A stretch of DNA of 49,248 bases from Prosthecobacter sp. (GTDB lineage Bacteria; Verrucomicrobiota; Verrucomicrobiia; Verrucomicrobiales; Akkermansiaceae), in assembly GCA_043722215.1 (NCBI GenBank), contig JAYSPI010000208.1, forward strand, positions 1 to 49,248, in the 5' to 3' direction. Below are positions 1-8,744 of this stretch, one piece after another (the first letter of the stretch is position 1; the number at the start of each line of letters is the position of its first letter). The notes beneath the pieces are model-generated. The model was given only the letters and a program-made list of their open reading frames with translations, had not been told where the DNA came from and did not search any database. The translations under genes and the position numbers were made by a program.

Positions 1-209
1 TCCCGTGATGGAAGTCGTCGCATACGGAAGGCATAAGGAGCTGCTGAGGCTACGTCGGTCGCTGGATGCGCCCGTCGATGGGGGGTCGTGAGCCATTCAC
101 TCCGGGTGCTCGGGCTGCGCAGCGGGGTGATGGGGAGTTTTCGCTGAGCCAGTCGGCCTGTGTCATGAGGGTGATTCTTGGGTTCTGGTGTCAGATCACA
201 GGTTACGGC

Positions 210-237
210 TTGCCGGTCGGGTGGTGGTGGCGACAAT
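210..237 (+). promoter_or_regulatory. Putative sigma70 promoter for murI (TTGCCG-16-GACAAT), probably leaderless
   Basis: Hexamers at 210-215 and 232-237; the GTG start is 7 nt downstream. Confidence 0.4.
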
Positions 238-244
238 CGCCCCT

Positions 245-1060
245 GTGAACTCAGCGCCTCTTGGATTTTTTGACTCGGGTGTCGGCGGCTTAACCGTGGT
301 GCGGGCAGTGCAGGAGCTATTGCCCGCAGAGAACATTTTATATCTCGGTGACACCGCCAGGCTGCCCTACGGCTCGAAAAGCCCGGCGACGATTCGGCAA
401 TTTGCCGACGAGGACGCCAGGTTTCTGATTGGGCGGGGGGTCAAAGCGCTGGTGGTGGCGTGCAACACCGCCACCGCCCACGCGCTGCCACGGTTGCGCG
501 AACAATACCGTGTGCCCATCATCGGCGTGATCGAGGCCGGGGTGGATGCCGCACTCGCCACCCCCAACGTCGAAAGAATTGGCATCATTGCCACCCGCGG
601 GACGATTGGCTCGCATGCCTATCAACATGCGCTGGCGTTGCGGCGCACTGGCTTGATCATCCACGCCCAGGCCGCTCCATTGCTGGTCCCCTTGGTGGAA
701 GAAGACTGGATCGACCACCCCGCCACCCGCTTGGTACTCAAAACGTATCTGGACCCCTTGGTTGCAAAAGGCATCGATACCTTGCTGCTGGCCTGCACCC
801 ACTACCCGCTGCTCATCCCGGTATTGCGGCAATTGCTGCCGCCCGAAATCCGCCTGGTGGATTCCGCCACCACCTGCGCCGAGCATTTGAAGCACGAGTT
901 ATCACGCTTGGAGTTGCTGGCAAGTGATGGCCACGACGGGCAATTGGACGTCCACCTGACCGATCTCTCGGAGGAGTTCGAGGCGCTCGCCCGAAGGTTT
1001 CTCAAAAAAGCCCCAGGGCGAATCCAGCGTGCGACCCTCGGCGCTAGCTCTCCGACTTGA
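245..1060 (+). CDS. murI: Glutamate racemase
   Basis: GFFDSGVGG, YLGDTARLPYGSKS, VVACNTAT and LACTHYP catalytic motifs; start moved to GTG 245. Confidence 0.96.
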   Translation: MNSAPLGFFDSGVGGLTVVRAVQELLPAENILYLGDTARLPYGSKSPATIRQFADEDARFLIGRGVKALVVACNTATAHALPRLREQYRVPIIGVIEAGVDAALATPNVERIGIIATRGTIGSHAYQHALALRRTGLIIHAQAAPLLVPLVEEDWIDHPATRLVLKTYLDPLVAKGIDTLLLACTHYPLLIPVLRQLLPPEIRLVDSATTCAEHLKHELSRLELLASDGHDGQLDVHLTDLSEEFEALARRFLKKAPGRIQRATLGASSPT

Positions 1061-1084
1061 GAGCCCGATCGCCCATCGGCTCGA

Positions 1085-1549
1085 TCATGGGGCATCTTCC
1101 CCGCCCCTCGGGGAAATCACGGCGCGGCGGAAAAAATCCAGTTGCAGGTGGTTGACGACGGAAAAGAGCACACCGGTGCTCCAACCGAACATCAAGACTC
1201 CGGTGACCGCTTCGATCGCGCCCAACACCCGCCAGGACGCGGGGAGGACCACATCCCCGTAACCCACGGTGGAATAGCTCGTCGCGGAGAAATAAAATGC
1301 AGTTTCAAAAAATTGGAAGCATCCACCCAGACGATAGAATGCGGCCCAAACCGTGATCTGGAGAAGATGAAGCATGAGCAACCCGTACACGACGCGGATG
1401 AGAATCCAAAAGGTCCGGGGCAGGCTGACGCGGTGTTCCTTGCGTGGCCAAGCATCCGCGAGCCAGCGCAACCCAAGCATCATGCCAACGCCATGGATCG
1501 TCACGCAACTCGAGACTAGGATAAAGAGGATGAACAGATGTTTGAGCAT
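1085..1549 (-). CDS. Small potassium channel family (Ion_trans_2) membrane protein
   Basis: Pore helix and selectivity filter AFYFSATSYSTVGYGD flanked by hydrophobic helices. Confidence 0.85.
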   Translation of the reverse strand: MLKHLFILFILVSSCVTIHGVGMMLGLRWLADAWPRKEHRVSLPRTFWILIRVVYGLLMLHLLQITVWAAFYRLGGCFQFFETAFYFSATSYSTVGYGDVVLPASWRVLGAIEAVTGVLMFGWSTGVLFSVVNHLQLDFFRRAVISPRGGEDAP

Positions 1550-1698
1550 GGGAATGCTCGGCCACCCTAATCAGAAAAATCTTACCGGGTGAAGCCTCTT
1601 GTTGCATCGTTGATCGTTCCACTCGTAAGTCAGCGTCTCCCCGCTCGCAAATCACTCGCGCGTTGCATGCCCGCAGCCGCCGCCCCCCACCGCGCCCG

Positions 1699-3045
1699 TC
1701 AGATGCGCTTTCGCGGTTGGATCGGTCGCTGCCGCAAGTCCGCCACAATGCGATTCACCTCGGGAACGGCGTGGGCGAAAAATTTCTTAAACCCACGACA
1801 TAGGTAATTGAGGCCCGGCTCGCCGTCTGCGGTGCGAATGATTCGGTTTTTCGGACACTCACCCCAGCAATCCGTTAGAAACGAGCACTCTCGGCAATAC
1901 TTCGGCAGGGACTCATTTTTGGCATAGCCGAATTTCACCTGGTTACGGGAAAACACCTGGTGATCGAGCGTGCGGTCCATGATATTTCCCAAGCGGTATT
2001 CCGGATAGACATAGTGGTCGCACGAGTAAACGCTCCCGTCATGCTCGAGGGCGACCCCCTTGCCGCAAAACTCGCCGTAAACACATAACTGCGAGCCCAT
2101 CCCTAGATGCTGGGAAACCAGCGTCTCGAAGTGGTTGACCATGATCTTGCCCACGTCATTCTTGTACCAACGGTCAAAAACTGAATTCAAAAAATACCCC
2201 CAATCATCGGGGTCCACCGACCAATCGGTCACGATCGAATCCGGATGGCCCGGCCGGCTGGCGGGTTCTCCATCGCGCGGCAAGGCGGCCGTATCCCAGT
2301 GGTGCGGGGCGGTTGTCTCAAACCCCTTGTACTCAACTATCGGGATAAACTGCATGTGCGTCGAACCCACCTCGTTGCGCAAAAATCGGTACACATCCAA
2401 CGGTCGGCGCGCATTGACCCGGTTGACACAAGTTAAGGTATTGAACGGCACCCCATGACGCTGGAGAAGCTTCACCGCCCGGAACACCTTGTCGAAGGTC
2501 GGCCGACCTCCCTTGGTGACGCGGTAATGGTCATGAAGTTCCTGTGGCCCATCAATGCTCAACCCCACTAGAAACCGTTGCTTCTTGAGAAACTCACACC
2601 ATTCGTCGTCGATGAGCGTGCCGTTGGTCTGCAAATCGTTTTCGATTCGCTGGCCGGGCTTGGCGTGTTTTTGTTCGAGGGCCACCACCTTGCGGAAAAA
2701 ATCCAACCCCATCAGCGTCGGTTCGCCACCCTGCCACGAAAATACCACTTCCGGCCCGGTCACCCCCGCAATATACTGTTGGATAAAACGCTCTAGCAAC
2801 TCATCGGACATCCGGCCGGCACCTGGTCCGTTAGGCAGCGTTTCCTTACTCAGATAGAAACAATAACTGCAATCCAGGTTGCAGGCCGAGCCGCCCGGCT
2901 TGATCATCGCGTGAAACCGCTGCGGCCCTTGGTGGCCAAAAATCGAAGGGGCATCGTAGCGGTCGATCCCAGACCGCGGCACAATCGCCCCGCCAACCGC
3001 AGGATTGTTGGCCATGGACGTGGACGCTGGAACGGACGAATGCAT
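1699..3045 (-). CDS. Anaerobic sulfatase-maturating enzyme (radical SAM/SPASM, AtsB/ChuR family)
   Basis: KPGGSACNLDCSYCFY, FSWQGGEPTL, LQTNG, SIDGP and C-terminal SPASM cysteines (CRECSFLTDCWGECPK); start uncertain (3015-3078). Confidence 0.93.
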   Translation of the reverse strand: MHSSVPASTSMANNPAVGGAIVPRSGIDRYDAPSIFGHQGPQRFHAMIKPGGSACNLDCSYCFYLSKETLPNGPGAGRMSDELLERFIQQYIAGVTGPEVVFSWQGGEPTLMGLDFFRKVVALEQKHAKPGQRIENDLQTNGTLIDDEWCEFLKKQRFLVGLSIDGPQELHDHYRVTKGGRPTFDKVFRAVKLLQRHGVPFNTLTCVNRVNARRPLDVYRFLRNEVGSTHMQFIPIVEYKGFETTAPHHWDTAALPRDGEPASRPGHPDSIVTDWSVDPDDWGYFLNSVFDRWYKNDVGKIMVNHFETLVSQHLGMGSQLCVYGEFCGKGVALEHDGSVYSCDHYVYPEYRLGNIMDRTLDHQVFSRNQVKFGYAKNESLPKYCRECSFLTDCWGECPKNRIIRTADGEPGLNYLCRGFKKFFAHAVPEVNRIVADLRQRPIQPRKRI

Positions 3046-3508
3046 GCCGGAGCGTTCCACATTTCGACCCGCGCGCAAGACTGGTTTTCACAACATGGAT
3101 GACCTCTCCCCGGCCAACCTCAACTCCGCCACCTGCCACAACCGCAGAACACCCACTGACCCCCGCGATGAATGCCACAACCACGATCAGACGCCCCCCG
3201 CCACGCCTGGCAGCTTCTTAACCCGCCGAGCGCCCGCGCATGCCCTCTGGCGGGGCGCTCCGCTTGACCGGCCACTCACATGGCTCACCTAAGATGAAAC
3301 GAACGCGCTGACTGATTTCCGCCGCAGCCAGCGCACCGCTCTTCCTGCAATCGATCCTTGTACATCACCCACAGTGACTGAATAATGCTTTGCAGTCTGA
3401 CCCGATCACCCTAAGGAATGCCGCGATCGCATGGCCCAAATACTCGCACCCTCCCGCTCCCCTCGCCGCCTGCGGTGGGTCTTGAAACGGGGTTCACCGA
3501 TACTACTG

Positions 3509-4585
3509 ATGCGCGCCACGACTCGCCCACTCATCGCAGCACTCGCGCTCAGCGCGGGCACGCTCACTCACGCGGCTGGACCAGCCGCCACCTTCGAAGC
3601 CACTGTCCCTAACAAGGAACCCGCCCCTGGCCCCGCACCGGATGGCATGGTGTGGATTCCGGGCGGCGAGTTTTCAATGGGCAGCGCTGCTCCGACCGCT
3701 TGCGCCTGCGTCGGCGGAGATTCAATGCAAGACGCCCAGCCAATCCACCGCGTCTATGTCGATGGGTTCTGGATGGACCGCACCGAGGTGACCAATGCGC
3801 AGTGGCAGAAATTTGTGGATGCCACTCACTATGTGACGATTGCTGAGATCGCGCCGACCCACGAACAATTTCCCACCGCGCCGTTAGAGAACCTGATTGC
3901 GGGTTCCACGGTCTTCACGCCGACGCCCGGTCCGGTTTCACTCAAAGATATGTTCCAGTGGTGGCGATATCAACCCGGCGCTAACTGGCAACACCCGGCC
4001 GGCCCAGACACCCACCTCACCGGCCGTGAATCCTACCCGGTCGTCCAAATCGCCTTCCCCGACGCCATCGCCTACGCCAAGTGGGCCCACAAACGACTGC
4101 CCACCGAGGCCGAATGGGAGTTCGCCGCCCGCGGCGGCCGCTCGGGCCAGCAGTACGCGTGGGGCAACGAACTTAAACCCGGCGGTCAATGGATGGCCAA
4201 TATCTATCAGGGTGAATTCCCGGTCAAGGACACCGGCGAAGACGGGTTTGCTGGACTCGCCCCAGTCGCACAGTTCCCACCGAACGACTACGGCCTGTAT
4301 GACGTGACAGGCAATGTTTGGGAGTGGTGCAGCGATTGGTATCGTGCCGATTATTACCCGCAGCTCGCGGCGGCAGGTGGCGTGGCACGCAACCCCCAAG
4401 GGCCCAATACTCCGCTAGACCCAGCCGAGCCGACCGAAAAAAAGCGCGTCCACAAGGGCGGCTCATTCCTCTGCACCGATCAGTATTGCACCCGCTACAT
4501 GGTCGGCACGCGCGGCAAGGGCGAAGTCACCACCGCCGCCAATCACCTCGGATTCCGCTGCGTCCAGACACCCGCGCTGCCTTAG
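3509..4585 (+). CDS. Formylglycine-generating enzyme (SUMF1/FGE family) with N-terminal signal peptide
   Basis: MVWIPGGEFSMG, EVTNAQW, RLPTEAEWEFAARGG, GNVWEW, KGGSFLCTDQYCTRY and GFRC motifs; start moved to ATG 3509. Confidence 0.92.
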   Translation: MRATTRPLIAALALSAGTLTHAAGPAATFEATVPNKEPAPGPAPDGMVWIPGGEFSMGSAAPTACACVGGDSMQDAQPIHRVYVDGFWMDRTEVTNAQWQKFVDATHYVTIAEIAPTHEQFPTAPLENLIAGSTVFTPTPGPVSLKDMFQWWRYQPGANWQHPAGPDTHLTGRESYPVVQIAFPDAIAYAKWAHKRLPTEAEWEFAARGGRSGQQYAWGNELKPGGQWMANIYQGEFPVKDTGEDGFAGLAPVAQFPPNDYGLYDVTGNVWEWCSDWYRADYYPQLAAAGGVARNPQGPNTPLDPAEPTEKKRVHKGGSFLCTDQYCTRYMVGTRGKGEVTTAANHLGFRCVQTPALP

Positions 4586-4797
4586 CGCCTCGTCGTGTTC
4601 TTGCTTGTATCGGTGGGCGCGTTTCGTGAACCAAGTTGCAGTGAAGTGGTCCCGCGAAACGGAGCCAGTGTCCTAGCGATGGCGCGGGAGGTTTCGGGAC
4701 CCGTTGCACAAACTGTGCGAGCCGGTGGTCACTTCAGTGGTGCACTTTGGGTGACCGCCGAAAGCAGTGAAACATCACCTCGGAAAAATCTTTTCCA

Positions 4798-4826
4798 TGC
4801 TTGGTGTCCAGGACCGGACCCAAGCA
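4798..4826 (-). terminator. Possible terminator hairpin after the BMC gene
   Basis: tgcttgg(t)gtcc / ggacccaagca imperfect inverted repeat about 20 nt past the stop; weak U-tract. Confidence 0.3.
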
Positions 4827-4845
4827 ATCCACAGAGTCACTTGTC

Positions 4846-5466
4846 TCACTTCGGCAGCAGCGCGACCAATTCATCATGCGGGCGTGCGATGACGTGGGCG
4901 GCGATCACCTTGCCGAGCGAACCGACGGCCTGTTTTCCGGCTTCGATCGCGGCGGAAACGGCGGCGACGTCGCCACAGACGACAACCGTTACATAGGCGG
5001 CACCGATTTTTTCCTTGCCGACGATTTTTACATCGGCCGCCTTGAGCATGGCGTCGGTGGCTTCAAGGATGGCGGTGAGTCCTTGGGTTTCGAGGATGCC
5101 GATGGCTTGTGGTTTCATGTTCCTAGATGTTTCGGGGTTGGATGGATAGTCAGTGGGCAGAAGTTGGTCGCGTCCGCCGTAGAGCGGATTGTTAGCGTTA
5201 GAAAATTGGATCATCGGTTCGAATCCCTGGGCCGGCCGAGGGATGATACCGGTGATAATGGACGCGCCGAGCTGCGGTGCGAGTTTCTCCGCGGCATCAA
5301 GTGCGGCGCGGACTTGGGATACGTCACCCGTTAGGCGGATGATCAGATTCTCATTGCCGGTGCTTTCGAAGCCAAGGATGTGGACATCCGCCGCAGTGGC
5401 CGCCTCCTGCGCGAGCATGGCGGAGATACTTAGAAACGGGGCTTCGATGAATCCGAGAGCTTGCAT
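4846..5466 (-). CDS. Bacterial microcompartment shell protein with two tandem BMC domains (N-terminal domain divergent)
   Basis: C-domain AIGILETQGL-EATDAMLKAADV-KIGAAYVTVVVCGDVAAV-HVIARPH is a canonical BMC domain; N-domain ALGFIE-AADV-GDVSQVRAALDA-IIPRP is a recognisable second copy. Confidence 0.92.
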   Translation of the reverse strand: MQALGFIEAPFLSISAMLAQEAATAADVHILGFESTGNENLIIRLTGDVSQVRAALDAAEKLAPQLGASIITGIIPRPAQGFEPMIQFSNANNPLYGGRDQLLPTDYPSNPETSRNMKPQAIGILETQGLTAILEATDAMLKAADVKIVGKEKIGAAYVTVVVCGDVAAVSAAIEAGKQAVGSLGKVIAAHVIARPHDELVALLPK

Positions 5467-5472
5467 GGTGAG

Positions 5473-6498
5473 TTAGCAGGAGTGGGCGGCTTGAATGTTT
5501 TTAAGCACCGCTTGGACAATGGCATCGACATCCATGGATGATGGCGGATTTTGTGGGGAGAAAGTCCGGCACTCGCTTGCCGCTTCTGAAAACCCGCAAC
5601 CGGCGAGCACGCAGGCCAGCTTGGCGCGCATCTCGGCGATGAGTCCCTGCTCGGCGGGTGAGAGCGGGAAACGCGCGTTTCCGGCCTTGAAGCCGCGCAG
5701 TTCGTAGCCGGTGCGGAAGCCTTCGGGGAAGTTCGGCGCGCCAACCATCAGGGAAAACAAGTCGAGCAGCTCGAACTGGATACGTTTCGCCTCGTCCCAA
5801 TTTCTAGCCCGGGCGGCATGATAGAGGCTCATCACCACTTCCGGCACGACGCCGGCGCTGGAGAGCGTGCCGCCGTCCGCACCCATGAACAGGCCGGTGC
5901 AGAGCAGTTCCTCCCAGCCGATGAGCACGGAGAAATCGGGGCGCTGGCGTTTGATCGTGTGAAGCGTCTGTTGGAAGCGGCCCATATCCTTGGACGTGTC
6001 CTTGGTGCCGACGATGCGAGGGCAATCCATGGCGAGACGTTCGAGCACGGGAAGCGAGATTTCGTTCGCGAAGACCGGAATATTATACACCACGATGTCG
6101 ATGGGCGACTTCGCAGCGAGCTCGCGGAAGTAGGCCTCGATGCTCTCCTGCGTGAGCTTGTAATAATACGGGCCGGTGATGGAGACCGCGCGGCAGCCCA
6201 GATCGGCGCAGTAGTTGCACATTTCGAGGACGAGCTCGATATTCGCCTCGGCGGCTCCGGCGAGGATCGGGCGGCCGTTGGCTTCCTCGCTGACGATGCG
6301 CACCACGGTGCGGCGCTCCTCATAGCTGAGGCGAATGAACTCGCCCATGCTGCCGTTCGGATAGAATCCGGTGACGCCCTTGTTTCCCACCCAGCGGATG
6401 ATGTGGCGGAGTTCATCCTCATCGATGCGCCCCTTGGCGTCGTATGGAACAATGTTGGGGACGAAAATGCCGTTGATGGTGGATTGGGATGTGGACAT
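5473..6498 (-). CDS. DHDPS/NAL-family class I aldolase, probable 2-keto-3-deoxy-L-fuconate aldolase, with C-terminal encapsulation-peptide-like tail
   Basis: NGSMGE, VYNIP (Tyr) and GTKDTS (Schiff-base Lys); tail SSMDVDAIVQAVLKNIQ; substrate inferred from gene context; start moved to ATG 6498. Confidence 0.85.
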   Translation of the reverse strand: MSTSQSTINGIFVPNIVPYDAKGRIDEDELRHIIRWVGNKGVTGFYPNGSMGEFIRLSYEERRTVVRIVSEEANGRPILAGAAEANIELVLEMCNYCADLGCRAVSITGPYYYKLTQESIEAYFRELAAKSPIDIVVYNIPVFANEISLPVLERLAMDCPRIVGTKDTSKDMGRFQQTLHTIKRQRPDFSVLIGWEELLCTGLFMGADGGTLSSAGVVPEVVMSLYHAARARNWDEAKRIQFELLDLFSLMVGAPNFPEGFRTGYELRGFKAGNARFPLSPAEQGLIAEMRAKLACVLAGCGFSEAASECRTFSPQNPPSSMDVDAIVQAVLKNIQAAHSC

Positions 6499-6654
6499 CG
6501 GAGGTGAGTTAGATGGATGGGTAGAAATCGGGCAAGCCACTTGAACCATAAAATTTTACGGGATCATGGGTGCTCCAAATCGCGCCGAGTTCTTCGGCCC
6601 GCGTGGCGGCGCTCAGTGAGAACAGGAGCAGCACCCAGGTATTTCAGAATAATT

Positions 6655-7509
6655 TCATGCGGCTGGTATCGGGATAAGGCGGTAGATTTCGCGGGCGTTG
6701 CGGTGGTAAAGGCAGGCAAGTTCGTCCTCGGAGCAATCCGCCAGAACATCGTCCAGCAATCGCGCCCATGTGCAGAGATCGCGGGTCAGGTTGCAAACCG
6801 GCCAGTCACCGCCCCAGATCACGCGGTTCCAGCCGAAGCAGTCGATCGCGTACTCGACGACGGGGCGCAGGGTTTCGGCAGTGATGTCTCCCGCCGCATA
6901 CGCGATGATGCCGGATATTTTACAAGCGAGATTTGGACAGCGGGAAAGCTCCTTGAAGCTGGCACGCCAGGATTTCAGATCACCCGAGGCAATGTCCGGC
7001 ACACCACAGTGGTCGAGGATGAAGCGCGTTTCCGGACAACTATCCACGAGCTCCGCGGCAATCGCGTGCTGACGTGGAAGCACGCAGAGATCGAAGGTAA
7101 GACCGGCCTGGCCGATGCGGGCGATGTTCTCGCGGAAGCCGGCCGTCGTGGACAAATCGTCGGGTTGGGTGTGCAGCACGCGGCGATAACCGCAGAGTCT
7201 CGGATGCGCGGTGTCATGGAGCCAGCCGGTGATATCGCCGCTTTCCGGACGGCAGGCAGCGACGACCCCGGAGATTCCATTCTTCGCATCATCAGCAAGG
7301 TCGGCAAAAAACGCGGCCTCCCCAGCAGCCTCCACGAAGGGAACATCGACCTCCATGAAAACCGCTCCCGTGATCTCCAGGCCACGCGCGGCGGCGCCGT
7401 ATGTTTCAAGACGAAACGCCCTCCCCGCCAGCTCGGGAAAATCCGCAGTCCAGTCGTAGGAAAAGCGCTCTGGATAGAGGAGGTGCTGGTGACAATCGAT
7501 TCGATTCAT
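6655..7509 (-). CDS. Amidohydrolase_2 family protein, probable L-fucono-lactonase
   Basis: IDCHQH, GLTFDLC, ILDHCGVP, CKISG and IWGGDWPV motifs; fucose context. Confidence 0.85.
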   Translation of the reverse strand: MNRIDCHQHLLYPERFSYDWTADFPELAGRAFRLETYGAAARGLEITGAVFMEVDVPFVEAAGEAAFFADLADDAKNGISGVVAACRPESGDITGWLHDTAHPRLCGYRRVLHTQPDDLSTTAGFRENIARIGQAGLTFDLCVLPRQHAIAAELVDSCPETRFILDHCGVPDIASGDLKSWRASFKELSRCPNLACKISGIIAYAAGDITAETLRPVVEYAIDCFGWNRVIWGGDWPVCNLTRDLCTWARLLDDVLADCSEDELACLYHRNAREIYRLIPIPAA

Positions 7510-7523
7510 GGTGCCGACAGATG

Positions 7524-8744
7524 TCAGATCAAATCACACGAAGCGCCCGGCTCCTGCGGGGCCAGATAGACACCGCCCTCCACCCGGACCGGGTGGACGA
7601 ACTTGGTCTTCAGGTGTGGAATGTGTTCGAGGAAGAGCGCCTCGTGGCCCATGCCGATGTGGTTGAAGAGCACGAGATGCTGATGGAGCTGACCCATGTC
7701 GCCGACGTGCGGGACGACCGGGATATTGAACTTCTTGCACATGAGGCTCACGGCAAGAAACTCGCTCACACCGGCGACGCGGACGGCATCGACCTGGATG
7801 AAGCCGGCGCACTCCATCTGGAGGTAGTTTTTGAAAATGATGCGGTTAGGCACGTGTTCGCCGAGCGCGAGTTTCACGGGTGCGATGGCATCAGCGAGGG
7901 TTTTGTGGCCGGTGATGTCGTCTGGGTGAGTGGGCTCTTCGATCCAGAACGGATTGATTTCCTTGAGGCGGGAGCAGATGTCGAGGGCTTGAGGCAGCGT
8001 CCATTGCTGGTTCGCATCGACCATGATCCGAGCCTCCGGTCCGGCGACTTCGCGGACGATGCGGGCGCGGCGGAGGTCGCGTTCCGAGTCCTTGGAGCCG
8101 ACCTTGAGTTTCATGGCGGTGAAGCCGGCGTCCATGGCGCGCTTGCAGTTTGCGCGGACCTGCTCGTCGCTGTAGTTGAACCAGCCGATGGAGGTGTCGT
8201 AGCCGGGATAGCCGGTCGCTAGAATGCCCTCGCGCGAGATGCGACTGGCGGTGGGCTGGGTGAGAAGCGCGACGGCTTGCTCGTGGGTGAGCACGTCTTC
8301 GAGGTAGGAAAGATCGAGCGTGGCAGCGACTTGGCTGGGTGTGAGTTCCAGCAGGAGTTTCCAAAGTGGTAGGTCGCGGGTTTTCGCCCACAGGTCCCAG
8401 CAAGCGTTAGTGACGGAGGCAAGGGCGAGCTGGACGATCCCTTTGTGCGGGCCGAGCCAACGGAATTGTTGTTCGTCTGCCATTTCTTTTTGCAGCGCAC
8501 CGAAGGTGGCCATGATTTCCTCGATGTCCCGGCCGTGGAGGCGCGAGGCGTAGAATTCGGCGGCACGGCAGACGAGGTCGTTGCCCTCGCCTAGAGTGAA
8601 GGCAAGGCCGCTGCCGATCCGTCCTCTGTCATCGGTTAGGAGTGTGACAGCATAGGAGTAGATGGGATCCTTGTGAATGGCATCGCTGCCGTGGCCGGAG
8701 CCGATAGGATAACGGGTATCGCGGGTAGAAATGCGGGTGATCAT
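7524..8744 (-). CDS. Enolase-superfamily L-fuconate dehydratase (FucD/ENOSF1-like)
   Basis: GSDAIHKDPIYS, RWLGPHKG, KLKVG, VDANQ, WIEEP, GEH, VPHVG and LEHIPHL motifs. Confidence 0.9.
   Translation of the reverse strand: MITRISTRDTRYPIGSGHGSDAIHKDPIYSYAVTLLTDDRGRIGSGLAFTLGEGNDLVCRAAEFYASRLHGRDIEEIMATFGALQKEMADEQQFRWLGPHKGIVQLALASVTNACWDLWAKTRDLPLWKLLLELTPSQVAATLDLSYLEDVLTHEQAVALLTQPTASRISREGILATGYPGYDTSIGWFNYSDEQVRANCKRAMDAGFTAMKLKVGSKDSERDLRRARIVREVAGPEARIMVDANQQWTLPQALDICSRLKEINPFWIEEPTHPDDITGHKTLADAIAPVKLALGEHVPNRIIFKNYLQMECAGFIQVDAVRVAGVSEFLAVSLMCKKFNIPVVPHVGDMGQLHQHLVLFNHIGMGHEALFLEHIPHLKTKFVHPVRVEGGVYLAPQEPGASCDLI

Noticed and set aside
1-187. Possible gene start on the minus strand, divergent from murI
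   Set aside because: The frame from ATG 166 stops early, and the other open frame has no recognisable motif, so it cannot be supported.
3079-3430. Short ORFs, a tgccacaacc repeat and a gagcgccc/gggcgctc hairpin between the two maturases
   Set aside because: No recognisable protein or RNA motif; such matches are expected by chance in GC-rich DNA.
5473-6498. Calling the aldolase dapA
   Set aside because: GSMGE instead of GTTGE, a C-terminal extension and a sugar-acid context all argue for a catabolic aldolase.
6517-8222. Long plus-strand ORFs (6517..7569 and 7401..8222) and similar antisense ORFs throughout the window
   Set aside because: These are shadow ORFs of well-supported opposite-strand genes in high-GC sequence.
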